DNA from: a virus
DNA: 59,540 bases
IMG/VR virus record: IMGVR_UViG_3300045988_178894
Coordinates: 1-59,540 of that record
Reading direction: 5' to 3' (one strand)
Both the position numbers and the translations under genes were made by a program. The notes beneath the pieces are model-generated. The model was given only the letters and a program-made list of their open reading frames with translations. It was not told the DNA's origin and did no database searches. This document shows, in pieces, positions 51,401 to 59,540 of the stretch; the first letter of the stretch is position 1; the number at the start of each line of letters is the position of its first letter.

Positions 51401-53757
51401 GCACTGTCACCCGGAGGTACAACGACACCCAGGCCGGGCGGGACGCCGAGCAGCAGGTCCAGAACCTCAACGACCAGATCAAGGCCCTGGAAGACCTGAA
51501 GGGAAAACTCGGCGACGTGTCCGGTGCTGCCGCCGACGCCGTGTCATCGCAGGCCGCCCTTGGCCAGGTCGTCCAGGGGCTCACCGGGAACACCCAGGAC
51601 GCCGCGGACGCCCAGAGTGGCCTGGCCGACGCCACCGCCGACGCCGCCGAGGACGCCAAGACCGCTGGGCAGGCGTGGGATGAGTACCGCCAGGCCCTCG
51701 ACTCCATTGTCGATTCCGCCTTTGCGTTCACCGACGCCGAAGCGAACATGTACTCCGCCCTCGACAACCTCAACCAGAGTTTGTACGACAACGGCAACGT
51801 CTTCAACACCTGGTCCGAGGGAGGACGCGAGAACACCAAGGCCCTTGAGGAGTACCTGAAGTCCGTCGCCCAGTACGCTTCGCAGACCGCTGAGAGCATC
51901 GGCCTGTCGGGCCAGCAGGCGCAGGACTTCATCGCCGAATACGTGCTGAGCGCCATCGACGACCTCAAAGCCCAGGGTGTCGACACCACCTGGGTGGACA
52001 AGTACATGGACGACGTTGTCAACTCGATCGGCCAGACCGTCCAGGGTCCGACCCTCGACATGTCCGACATGAACCACGGCCTCCAGGACGCCGTCAACAA
52101 CGCCAACCAGGCGGCCGCCCTCATCCAGCAGATTTTGCGGGGTGTCGGCATCTCCACCTCCTCGCGGCCCGGGGGTGGCCTGAACACCGGTGGGCGTCGG
52201 CTCACCAAGGGCCTCGGGTCGAAGGGCGGCCTGACCACCAAGCAGATCATCGCGGGGCCCTCCATCGGGATGATGGGGTTTACCGGACGCTCCGGCGGCG
52301 GCTCGATCCGCGGCCTGGCGGGCACCATGTTCCAGGGGAACAAGCAGCGCTACCAGTTCACCCCCAAGCAGTCTTCTTCGGGCCACGGCGGTGGGGGCGG
52401 AGGCGGCGGTGGCCGTGGCGGCTCCGGCGGCGGGGGCGGCGGTGGCCACGACTACACGCCCCGGTCTACCTCGTCGCGCACCAAGAAGGAGAAGACCCCC
52501 GAAGAGATCTTCGAGGACTTCCTCTCGCGCCTCGACAAGGCCATGAACTCGGCCCTGAACAAGTTCTGGCAGAACCAGGACGCCAAGGACAAGTACCACG
52601 CCCAGCTCAACTCGATGCGCAAGACCATCGAGGACGCTAAGAAGTCCCTTGAGGACCTCGGCAACGAGATCTGGGATCTGAACAACACACTCTCCGAGAA
52701 GGAGAACGACCTGGCCAACCAGAGGTACTTCCAGTCCGTCGCCAAGAAGTACGGCGACACCTCCCGCGTGCGCGACATTCAGGTCGACATCGACAAGACC
52801 ACGAAGGACATCTCCGACACCCAGAAGTCGATCGCGGAGAAGACCAAGGAGATCAACAAGACCAAGGAGGGCATGTACGCGCTCCAGGGGTACACGGAGG
52901 CGGCCATCAACAACAGGGCCGCCCTCAAGGCCCTCCAGGCGACCATGGTCGACATGATCAACGCCTACGCCGCCTCGGGGGCGTCCACGGAGCAGCTCAC
53001 CGCCTACGCCGCCCAGCTCAAGCAGGAGTTCATCGCCCAGGCCACCCAGATGGGCTTCAACCAGGGCGAGGTGGCGACCCTGTCCGGGGCGTTCGACAAC
53101 CTCACCCGGACGATCCAGGCCGTGCCCCGCGTCGTCGACGTCGACGTGTCCGACAACGGCACCTCCGACCGCACCGGCGCCGGGATCAGCCGCATGGCCT
53201 CCAACGGGGGCGCCGGCTACACGGCCCCCGTCACCGCCCAGGCCGACACCTACAGGGCGGGTAAGCAGCTGAGCGATTTCACCAGGGACCGGTACATGAC
53301 GGTCTACGTTCAGGCCGTGCGCACCGGGGCCGCCCTGGGGGCCCTGGGGGCGATGGGCGGTTTCCGCTACGCCCACGGCGGCCGCGTGCCCGGCCTGGCC
53401 GGGGGCGGGGGCATGCTCGGCGGCCGCAGGCGCACCGGCAACTGGGACGCCGACGACATGCTCGGCATCACGTCGGCGGGCGGCGTCATCGGCGTCCAGT
53501 CCGGCGAGTACGTCATGCCCCGCTCCAGCGTCGACAAGTACGGGCCCGGCATGATGGAGTCCATTCGCGCCGGACAGTACCGCCCCGAGGTCAAGGTCAA
53601 CAACGGCCCCGGCCTGTCGGGACCCATTACGATCAACCCCAACCAGATCCACCAGCTCGCCCGCGCCGTGTCCACTGTCCTCAACCTGGACGGGCGGGCC
53701 GTGGGCGCGGCCGTCAACAACGTCAACGCCCGAAGCGGACGGAGGGGGACCTACTGA
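48409..53757 (+). CDS. tape measure protein
   Basis: About 1780 aa. GTG 48409 lies 6 nt after GAAAGGGG (track TTG 48379 is also possible). Long Ala/Gln/Lys-rich helical regions, TM-like block, Gly run at 52381..52449. Confidence 0.85.
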   Translation: MAGMGDLGFKVFVDASGATQGANEYEQAAARVARATRAMAQAAKGAKSAVLQNAVSGRNGSEYRTMMKQIDAYKAMIDVTRKLAAAKRELQDVDIKQAAQDVHEAVKAMAQITKTTDYIGSPQLNKVKEMVEMYSRLANAARDLAKANRELEASQPKAAAPKPADTGYAKSDFERQSAISRYQYRAYAAKTIQKSAGSSGNDVTRAIRDETAAYKDLVDAIGKAAAAEEKRAIDAGISHDLAQAKRQEAEEAKRLAAAEREAIAISKQARAFEATQIAHTEANISANNRYIESLEATRFAAQDLRNYLTLLAAGMGALFTASVAAAASQERAFADVARTTQLSAQTAEMRALSNTYHDLSTQISTTYEDLSAIGSLGAQMGISADKLGDFTHAVAGFTTITGTSIDSATEAFGRFFEMVDNAGVEADHSSERYMNFASQVAELGAKSVATESEILTMANSIAATAASAGVGQDAILAYATAMASLGIKQEWARGSLQRVFGSINDAVAEAGEGLDKFATVLGMTTTEAENLWRTDPSTFFNNLLASLNNVTDSVERWTIIKNLGFKNTRDIQLLQRLSLNIDLVNESFKNSADAARNTRFLDNSLGTLNDTLTETIARWKNSLANLSAALGGPFLTPVKALIKALTFLQNLLANIGNNSFGRIFMVAAGGLAVFGSLLAVSKLLQVVLLNVASSYITLRKNMIEAGLSGSLSWANTIRLIKQANAALNENIVLTGAHNQMQKSFNLGDMIRGAVDGVRNMASAAKAAVTNTGLLGIAMNGVRAAAAGIASMGPVGWIGIASIAIPTVIALYNEWAGSAERAKQATEDARRANLEAFGGADALAKAILQDAQEAADGTQQTFGALEVAVQGSADSTKDSADTLYYWIDASGNLVQATKDQAAALGYSTLAIGDHTAALIKDAIASSDAFKALSANDFKTLTDQGFDWKEWAKQYATGGQDAANSYINGFIETLKARKDEIFKANTYEARTYSGPYDYTGTVTRRYNDTQAGRDAEQQVQNLNDQIKALEDLKGKLGDVSGAAADAVSSQAALGQVVQGLTGNTQDAADAQSGLADATADAAEDAKTAGQAWDEYRQALDSIVDSAFAFTDAEANMYSALDNLNQSLYDNGNVFNTWSEGGRENTKALEEYLKSVAQYASQTAESIGLSGQQAQDFIAEYVLSAIDDLKAQGVDTTWVDKYMDDVVNSIGQTVQGPTLDMSDMNHGLQDAVNNANQAAALIQQILRGVGISTSSRPGGGLNTGGRRLTKGLGSKGGLTTKQIIAGPSIGMMGFTGRSGGGSIRGLAGTMFQGNKQRYQFTPKQSSSGHGGGGGGGGGRGGSGGGGGGGHDYTPRSTSSRTKKEKTPEEIFEDFLSRLDKAMNSALNKFWQNQDAKDKYHAQLNSMRKTIEDAKKSLEDLGNEIWDLNNTLSEKENDLANQRYFQSVAKKYGDTSRVRDIQVDIDKTTKDISDTQKSIAEKTKEINKTKEGMYALQGYTEAAINNRAALKALQATMVDMINAYAASGASTEQLTAYAAQLKQEFIAQATQMGFNQGEVATLSGAFDNLTRTIQAVPRVVDVDVSDNGTSDRTGAGISRMASNGGAGYTAPVTAQADTYRAGKQLSDFTRDRYMTVYVQAVRTGAALGALGAMGGFRYAHGGRVPGLAGGGGMLGGRRRTGNWDADDMLGITSAGGVIGVQSGEYVMPRSSVDKYGPGMMESIRAGQYRPEVKVNNGPGLSGPITINPNQIHQLARAVSTVLNLDGRAVGAAVNNVNARSGRRGTY

Positions 53758-54593
53758 TGCCAGCACACCACGGTGTCGCCGCCCTGTGGACGGGCAGGCG
53801 CTTCGCCTGGATCCCCGCACCCGACGCCCCCGCCTCGCACACGCTGGTGTCGTGGGGGTCCGCCGACCAGCTCATCAACGGTTCCACCGCCGTCACCGCA
53901 TCCCGGTACGCGGCCCGCACCATCGAGCTGTCGTGGTCCAACCTGACCCGCTCCGAGCTCCTCCTCATCCAGGACATGCTCACCTGGGCGGGGGAGGACG
54001 AGATCCTCTACCGCGACGACATGAACACCGGCGGCAACATCCTCTCCCCGTTCCTGGGGCGCCCCCACCTGCACGCCGACACCCTGTCCCCGCTCGCCTA
54101 CGACGACAACGGCGTCGCCCTCGCCCGTGTCGTCGACGTCGGCAACGGCCCCCTCAAGGCCCTGGAGTTCACCGGCGCCCCCGCCACCGACGGCAAACCG
54201 CACGTGTACCGCGAGCACGTGCTCATCCCCCCGGGCGCCGACATGCACATCGTCGCCTCCGGCGCCCTCGCCGCCCCCGGCGTCGTCCAGGTCACCGGCG
54301 GCGTCAACATCTCGCCCGCCGCCATCACCCGCATCCCCGGACTCGACGACGCCCCCAGGATCGTCGACGTCGTCGTCACCGCCCCCGCCGTGGCCGACCA
54401 GGTCCTCACCTGGGTGCGGGCCGCCTTCTCCGCCCGCGGGGCCGCCGCCCCTGACATCTGGCCCTACGCCACCCCGGAGGGATTCGGTTCCATGCGCGTC
54501 GAGCCCGGGTCCCTGGCCGTCACCGGCGTCAACCCCGCCTACGGGCTGTTCTCCGCCACCGTCACCCTGCGGGAGGTCTGGCCGTGGCTGTGA
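53757..54593 (+). CDS. minor tail protein (distal tail protein by position)
   Basis: ATG overlaps the tape measure TGA by 1 nt. 278 aa. Confidence 0.55.
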   Translation: MPAHHGVAALWTGRRFAWIPAPDAPASHTLVSWGSADQLINGSTAVTASRYAARTIELSWSNLTRSELLLIQDMLTWAGEDEILYRDDMNTGGNILSPFLGRPHLHADTLSPLAYDDNGVALARVVDVGNGPLKALEFTGAPATDGKPHVYREHVLIPPGADMHIVASGALAAPGVVQVTGGVNISPAAITRIPGLDDAPRIVDVVVTAPAVADQVLTWVRAAFSARGAAAPDIWPYATPEGFGSMRVEPGSLAVTGVNPAYGLFSATVTLREVWPWL

Positions 54594-56059
54594 GATTCTT
54601 CGGCGCCCCCACCGGTGTCGGCTCCTGGTCCTACGACGAGGACGCCGTGTCCCTGGACCGGGACGAGTCCCCCTCGGGCACCGCCACGGTCACCGTCGGC
54701 GGCACCGGCTCGTTCACCCCCGCCGACCTGACCCCCCTGCTCGGCAAGACACTGATCGTCCAGTCCACCGGCCACGGCCGGTCGGACATGATGATTACCG
54801 ACATCAGCATCGACGACGACTCCTGGTCCATCACCGGCGGCTCCGGCCTGGCGGCCCTCAACCAGGTCGGCACCCTCAACCCGGTGCACCGGACCGACCT
54901 GACGTCGATCCTCAGCCGATGCTTCTTCGCCGTCAACTGGCCCCTGCCGCCCGTCAACATCGACCCCGCCCTGAAGGACGAGCGCTACAACCTGCCCGGC
55001 GGGCGCGACAACATGTGGTCCATGCTGCGCAGGTTCCTGTCCGCGAATATGCTCGACCTGTCGTGGCGGGACAGCGCCATCACCATCACCCCCAGGCCCG
55101 GGCGCAGCGTCTACCTCCAGGACCGCACCATGTCCTCCACGGTCGGCCTGGAGGACGGCGCCCGATCCAAGGAGATCCGGGTCAACGTCTACCACCGCAC
55201 TCGCATCGGGGCCGCCGCCGGGGCCAATGCCGACCGGGGCCTCATCTACCCGGTGGCGCCGTCGAAGTACCCGGGGGCGGACGTCCAGTACGGGGACTCC
55301 AGCGACACGGGGGCGCTGAGCGTCAACGCCGGTGAGCGCACGGAGGCCACCATCCGCTTCGGCGCCGAGGTCTCCTACGTCAACCAGCCCACCATGGTCC
55401 GCGGCATCCCCTTCAAGGACGGCTCGCCGGACCTGACGGCCATGCGCAACGGCCTGTACGTCGTCGTCGGCAAGGACAACAAGCCGATCATGCCCGCCCA
55501 GTGGAAGGACATGGGCGGGGGCCTCACCGTGAAGCTCAACGACGACCGGCGCTCGGCCACCGTGATCCTGTCGGGCATGAACTACGAGCACCTGTCCCCC
55601 TACCGGGTCTGCGAATCCGACGGGAAGGTAGACCACCCGGCGTTGTATCTGATCGGCGGCTACGGATCCTACGTCGACGTGGAGACCCTGAGCCTGGCCA
55701 CGGGGGCGAAGGGCACGGACGACGTCACCACGATCGACAACCCCGCCATCGACACCACGGCCAAGGGCTGGGCGGCGGCCCAGGCGGCCGCGCAGGCCCG
55801 CGTCGGCTCCACGCTGACATTGCAGTGGAAGGGGTCTCCGCCCTCCGGCCGGGTCCTGGGGTCCCTGCCAGGGGCTCGTTTCCGCTACCGGGGGCACTGG
55901 TGGCGGATCGACTCGGCCACGATCGAGGAGGGGTCGGTGTCGCTCCAGGCCACCAGCCACCCGCTGCTGGCCGACTACAACCGCAAGTACCCACGGGTGT
56001 CGGACCTGCCACTGGCGGGGCGCACACTGCGCGACCTGTCCACGATCGGAGTCCTGTGA
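54584..56059 (+). CDS. minor tail protein (tail-tip/Tal-like by position)
   Basis: GTG 54584 overlaps the upstream gene end. 491 aa. Confidence 0.55.
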   Translation: MAVRFFGAPTGVGSWSYDEDAVSLDRDESPSGTATVTVGGTGSFTPADLTPLLGKTLIVQSTGHGRSDMMITDISIDDDSWSITGGSGLAALNQVGTLNPVHRTDLTSILSRCFFAVNWPLPPVNIDPALKDERYNLPGGRDNMWSMLRRFLSANMLDLSWRDSAITITPRPGRSVYLQDRTMSSTVGLEDGARSKEIRVNVYHRTRIGAAAGANADRGLIYPVAPSKYPGADVQYGDSSDTGALSVNAGERTEATIRFGAEVSYVNQPTMVRGIPFKDGSPDLTAMRNGLYVVVGKDNKPIMPAQWKDMGGGLTVKLNDDRRSATVILSGMNYEHLSPYRVCESDGKVDHPALYLIGGYGSYVDVETLSLATGAKGTDDVTTIDNPAIDTTAKGWAAAQAAAQARVGSTLTLQWKGSPPSGRVLGSLPGARFRYRGHWWRIDSATIEEGSVSLQATSHPLLADYNRKYPRVSDLPLAGRTLRDLSTIGVL

Positions 56060-58083
56060 TGGCGTTCACCGCATCCGTGTTCCCCGCCTCCAACCTCTCG
56101 CCCCAGTCGCAGCAGTGGCGGGGGGCCGTGGAGAGGCGGGTGTCGATCCTGGAGGAGGGCGACACGTCCGCCCACGCCAGGCGCATCATGAGCCGGTGGA
56201 CGGCGGCCGTGGGGTCCATCGGCGGTCTGGAGGAGCGCCTCGACGACGCCCAGTCGCTCGCGCAGATCGCCGGGGCCATGGCCGACGACGCCGTCTCCTG
56301 GCACGACGCGCCCCCCGTGTCGCCGGGCCCGGGCGTGGAGAACCCGGACATCCCCGTCAACCAGAACGCCACCTGGTACGTGTGCGAACTGTCCAAGCAG
56401 GGCGGTGTCGACAAGGACCGCGTCAAGCAGGTGTGGCAGTGGTCGCCGCCGGGCATCGACGGCGACGCGGACGGCAAGTGGGTGCAGCAGCACTGGGGCA
56501 CGGACACCCTGGGCGAGGGGGCTGTCGACTACAAGCACCTGGCCGCCGCCGCCAAGGGGGACCTGGAGGCCGCCAAGGCCCTGAAGGGGCGTTTCGACAC
56601 CCTGGCCGCCTCGTACGAGCAGACGAAGGCGGACCTGGAGCAGGCGAAGAAGGACGTCGCCAAGGCCGTAGCCGGGGCGAAGGACGTCATCATCTCCGAC
56701 ACGGAGCCCACCGGGGCCGACCGCAAGCCGGGGAACCTGTGGGTGTCGACCGCTGGCGGCACCACGAAGCTCTACGTCTTCGACGGCACGGCTAACGCCT
56801 GGGTTCTCGTCGAGGGGGATGACGCCGCCCAGGCCGCGGCCGCCGCCGCCGAGGCGCAGAAGAAGGCGAAGGAGGCCCTGGACAAGGCGCAGGCCGTGGA
56901 GGACATGGCCACGGCCGCCAAGCTCGCCGCCGAGCGCGCCCAGAAGTCCGCCGACGGGAAGAACACGATCTTCTACCAGGCCAACAAGCCCTCGCTCAAC
57001 GGGCGCAATGACGGGGACCTGTGGTACGACACGGACGACAACTACCGGATGTACCGCTTCCGAGCCGGTGTCGAGGACTTCATCGAAGCGGGAGTGTCAG
57101 CCGCGGACCTCACGGGCACCATGTCGAACAGCATGGTCGAGGGGGTGTGGAAGCAGGCGCAGTCCTCCGGGGCCGTGGCCAGGAACCCGGTCGAGGGGTC
57201 GATGATCGCCAATGGGGCCATCACCACCACTCATGTGCAGGGCCTCGACGCCGGGGTCATCACCTCCGGGTTCCTCGGCTCCGACCGCATCGCCGCCAGG
57301 TCCCTCACCGCCGCCGTGCTGGCCGCCGGGACCATCACCGTCGAAAGCGGCGTCATCGGCAGCCTGAACGCCAACGACATCAAGTTCGGCACCCTGTCGG
57401 GCGACCGCATCGACGCCAACACACTGCGCGGAAAGCTCATCGAGGGCGGAACCATCAAGGGCGGACTGGTCACCGGGGGCAGGGTTCTGGGCGCAACCCT
57501 GGCCACCACGACGAACGGGGACGGCGACCGCGTGGAGATCGACGCCAGTCACGGTCTGACCGTGTGGCGGGGGAACAAGGTGTACGCCCAACTGCATCCG
57601 TCCCTGGCCAACGGCCTGGCGTTGAACAACCCGCACAGCGGCAATCTGGTTCAGGGGCCGTACGCCGACTTGACGGACGTGTCGTCGATCATCTTCGGGG
57701 CCCAGTTCCAGTTCCGCCGCAACCCCACGACTGTCAACGCCGCCGCCGACGGGTGCGTCGCCTACCAGTGGTCCTTCAACGCCCCCTCCTCGGGGCGGGC
57801 CATCATCATCGCGTCGATCAACTGCGTGTCGGGGGCCCAGAACCCCAACCAGCGGGCCCTCTTCATCCTGCGCAACAGGGACTCGGGCTCGTGGATGGAG
57901 ACAGGCTACGTGTATAACGGTTACGGGTGGCAGTCCGACGTACCCATGTTCATGGGCATGGCCACCAAACTGCCCACGACGGGCAAGTGCACGATCTGGA
58001 CGAAGATGGGCATGCGCAACAACGGGGCCAACTACATCGGCTGGGGCTCGGACTTCGCCTCCGCCATGTTCATCCCCTGCTGA
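56059..58083 (+). CDS. tail fibre protein
   Basis: ATG 56059 (MAFTASVF) overlaps the upstream TGA by 1 nt. Ala/Lys/Glu coiled-coil segments (AAQAAAAAAEAQKKAKEALDKAQ), then a Gly-rich beta-type C-terminal domain. Confidence 0.65.
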   Translation: MAFTASVFPASNLSPQSQQWRGAVERRVSILEEGDTSAHARRIMSRWTAAVGSIGGLEERLDDAQSLAQIAGAMADDAVSWHDAPPVSPGPGVENPDIPVNQNATWYVCELSKQGGVDKDRVKQVWQWSPPGIDGDADGKWVQQHWGTDTLGEGAVDYKHLAAAAKGDLEAAKALKGRFDTLAASYEQTKADLEQAKKDVAKAVAGAKDVIISDTEPTGADRKPGNLWVSTAGGTTKLYVFDGTANAWVLVEGDDAAQAAAAAAEAQKKAKEALDKAQAVEDMATAAKLAAERAQKSADGKNTIFYQANKPSLNGRNDGDLWYDTDDNYRMYRFRAGVEDFIEAGVSAADLTGTMSNSMVEGVWKQAQSSGAVARNPVEGSMIANGAITTTHVQGLDAGVITSGFLGSDRIAARSLTAAVLAAGTITVESGVIGSLNANDIKFGTLSGDRIDANTLRGKLIEGGTIKGGLVTGGRVLGATLATTTNGDGDRVEIDASHGLTVWRGNKVYAQLHPSLANGLALNNPHSGNLVQGPYADLTDVSSIIFGAQFQFRRNPTTVNAAADGCVAYQWSFNAPSSGRAIIIASINCVSGAQNPNQRALFILRNRDSGSWMETGYVYNGYGWQSDVPMFMGMATKLPTTGKCTIWTKMGMRNNGANYIGWGSDFASAMFIPC

Positions 58084-58106
58084 CGGAGAGAAGGGACAAT
58101 AGGACC

Positions 58107-58778
58107 ATGACCGGAACCGACCGCAACGGCATCTACACGTACTCGGGCGACGACGTCGCCGCCGACTGGCCCACCCTGCTCAACCTCGGCGTCTCCTCGG
58201 TGTCGAACGTGATCTCCAAGCTGCGCCAGTCGTCCATCTACAAGGCGGCCAACGCCGCCGCCGCCAACACCCTGCGCGACACCCTCGTCGCCGCCGGGAT
58301 CACCCCCACCGCCACCGACCCCATCCTCGTATACCTCACCTCCAACGGGCGCATCATCGCCTGGGACGGGGCCACCTGGAAGTCCGACGGCTCCAACATC
58401 ACCTCCTGGATGATCACCGGCAGCGAGGTCGCCACCCCCGCCACCCCCATCACCAACGCCATCCTCGTCGGCAGCCGTGGCGAGGCCAGCAGGTTCCGGG
58501 AGGAAGCGGGCTCAACCGTCATCAGGGTGCCCACCCCCCTGGACTCCAAGTTCACCGGATTCATCAGCCTGGCCCGCAAGTACACAGGCATCGCCACGGC
58601 CCTGATCACCAACGGCGACGTGTGGTCCTTCGGGGGGAACATCGGGGGCGCCGGTTACGGGTGGGACAAGGTCAAGAACAACGAGGGCGTCATCGTCCGC
58701 GTCCCCTACGTGGCCCGGGGCGCCGCACCCGGCAGCCTCATCCGCATCAACTACGCCATCAAGGGATGGGAGGCGTGA
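58107..58778 (+). CDS. minor tail protein
   Basis: ATG 58107 (MTGTDRNGIYTYSGDD). 223 aa. Follows the fibre gene. Confidence 0.5.
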   Translation: MTGTDRNGIYTYSGDDVAADWPTLLNLGVSSVSNVISKLRQSSIYKAANAAAANTLRDTLVAAGITPTATDPILVYLTSNGRIIAWDGATWKSDGSNITSWMITGSEVATPATPITNAILVGSRGEASRFREEAGSTVIRVPTPLDSKFTGFISLARKYTGIATALITNGDVWSFGGNIGGAGYGWDKVKNNEGVIVRVPYVARGAAPGSLIRINYAIKGWEA

Positions 58779-59209
58779 GCCTCATGTACATACCGCACCC
58801 GCCCTGGGCCAACACCCTCGACCGGGGGCTGCGCGCCGTCGGCTACCTGGCCCTGTCGGTGTTCTCCATCCGCGAGGCCGGGCTCATGCCCTACACGCCC
58901 GACGCCGCCATCTGGTACAACCTCGCCGTCCACATGGTCCTGGCCGCGACAGCAGGCGGCTGCGCGCTCGCATGCCTGACCGGACGCTCGCAGGCGGAGA
59001 TGGTCATCCTGCCCCTCGTCCTGGGGTGCGCGTCGGCCTCCTGGATCCTCGTCGTATCCGCCCACGGCCTGGGCGCCCGATCCGCCCTGCTCCTGTCCGT
59101 CGTGTTCCTGCTGTCCGCTAGAATGAACTGGCTGCGGTGGTTGCGACACCGCGCCATAATCCTCACCGCGCTACGCGATCGCAACGGTAACGGCACAGAC
59201 AGGGGGTGA
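58775..59209 (+). CDS. multi-pass membrane protein (about 4 TM)
   Basis: GTG 58775 in a GTGA overlap (alternative ATG 58784). Hydrophobic segments LRAVGYLALSVFSI, LAVHMVLAATAGGCALACL, MVILPLVLGCASASWILVV, ALLLSVVFLL. Confidence 0.55.
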   Translation: MSLMYIPHPPWANTLDRGLRAVGYLALSVFSIREAGLMPYTPDAAIWYNLAVHMVLAATAGGCALACLTGRSQAEMVILPLVLGCASASWILVVSAHGLGARSALLLSVVFLLSARMNWLRWLRHRAIILTALRDRNGNGTDRG

Positions 59210-59213
59210 TCGC

Positions 59214-59495
59214 TTGACGCCCCTGCTCACCACGGTGGGGTCCGTCATCGCCCTCATCACCTCCGCCCTGGCCGCCTGGGGCTCCTGGGTGAAGGTCAGC
59301 GCCGACCGCAAGCGGGGCGTGGGCGAGGCGGAGATGGCCCGCTCGCGCTTCGGTCTGGAGGCTCTTCAGGCGGCCCTGAACACGAAGGACACGATCATCG
59401 CCCAGTACCAGGAGGAGAACAACCGCCTGCGCATCGAGGTGCACGACCTGAAGGTCGAGGTCGGACGGCTGCAAAGACGCCGTAAGGGCAACTGA
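59214..59495 (+). CDS. N-terminally anchored coiled-coil protein
   Basis: TTG start. TM segment LLTTVGSVIALITSALAAWGSW, then a heptad-like region NNRLRIEVHDLKVEVGRLQ. Last gene before the convergent terminator. Confidence 0.5.
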   Translation: MTPLLTTVGSVIALITSALAAWGSWVKVSADRKRGVGEAEMARSRFGLEALQAALNTKDTIIAQYQEENNRLRIEVHDLKVEVGRLQRRRKGN

Positions 59496-59540
59496 ACCGA
59501 CACGCGAAAAGGCCCGCCCCCTCCCCGAAGGAAGAGGGCG
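59486..59540. repeat. terminal overlap, identical to 1..55
   Basis: Same 55-nt string as window start. The fixed short length suggests an assembler k-mer overlap of a circular or permuted molecule. Confidence 0.95.

Overview
High-GC contig of about 59.5 kb whose two ends are an identical 55-bp overlap, so it closes on itself. I read it as the complete genome of a siphovirus-like tailed actinobacteriophage. All calls come from reading the sequence and ORF track; no database search was run, so functions rest on motifs and synteny, and starts are best guesses. Layout: (1) 69..26178 is a leftward (minus-strand) early arm, tightly packed with many ATGA/GTGA start-stop overlaps. It encodes a RuvC-like resolvase, a DUF3310 protein, a family A DNA polymerase, a primase-polymerase/helicase, three Bro-N genes plus one P22-Ant-like gene in tandem, a Sak4-like AAA_24 ATPase with a DUF669-like partner, a Cas4-like nuclease, an SNF2 helicase and many ORFans, including tandem paralogs. 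(2) 26179..29811 is a gene-poor control region of about 3.6 kb with one confident ORF. It holds a nested palindrome, a GAT microsatellite, iteron-like repeats in an AT-rich core, recurrent TGTGAC and TGCATAA motifs, and a consensus TTGACA/TATAAT rightward promoter. (3) 29812..59495 is the rightward arm. It starts with an envelope-enzyme and lysis cassette (SGNH hydrolase, three-domain endolysin, small membrane protein, GDPD enzyme), followed by a stand-alone HTH gene. Next come the small terminase, a large terminase interrupted by a LAGLIDADG intein, and the portal, scaffold/protease, decoration-like and major capsid genes. After these come connector genes, the major tail protein, a chaperone pair joined by an apparent +1 frameshift, and a tape measure of about 1780 aa. 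Minor tail/fibre genes and two membrane proteins close the arm. No integrase, partition gene or CI-like repressor is recognisable. The most unusual signal is a family of truncated tRNA-like elements in the intergenic gaps of the leftward accessory operon: an acceptor stem plus a canonical T-arm, with no D arm or anticodon arm. They sit alongside two conserved anticodon-arm-like hairpins.
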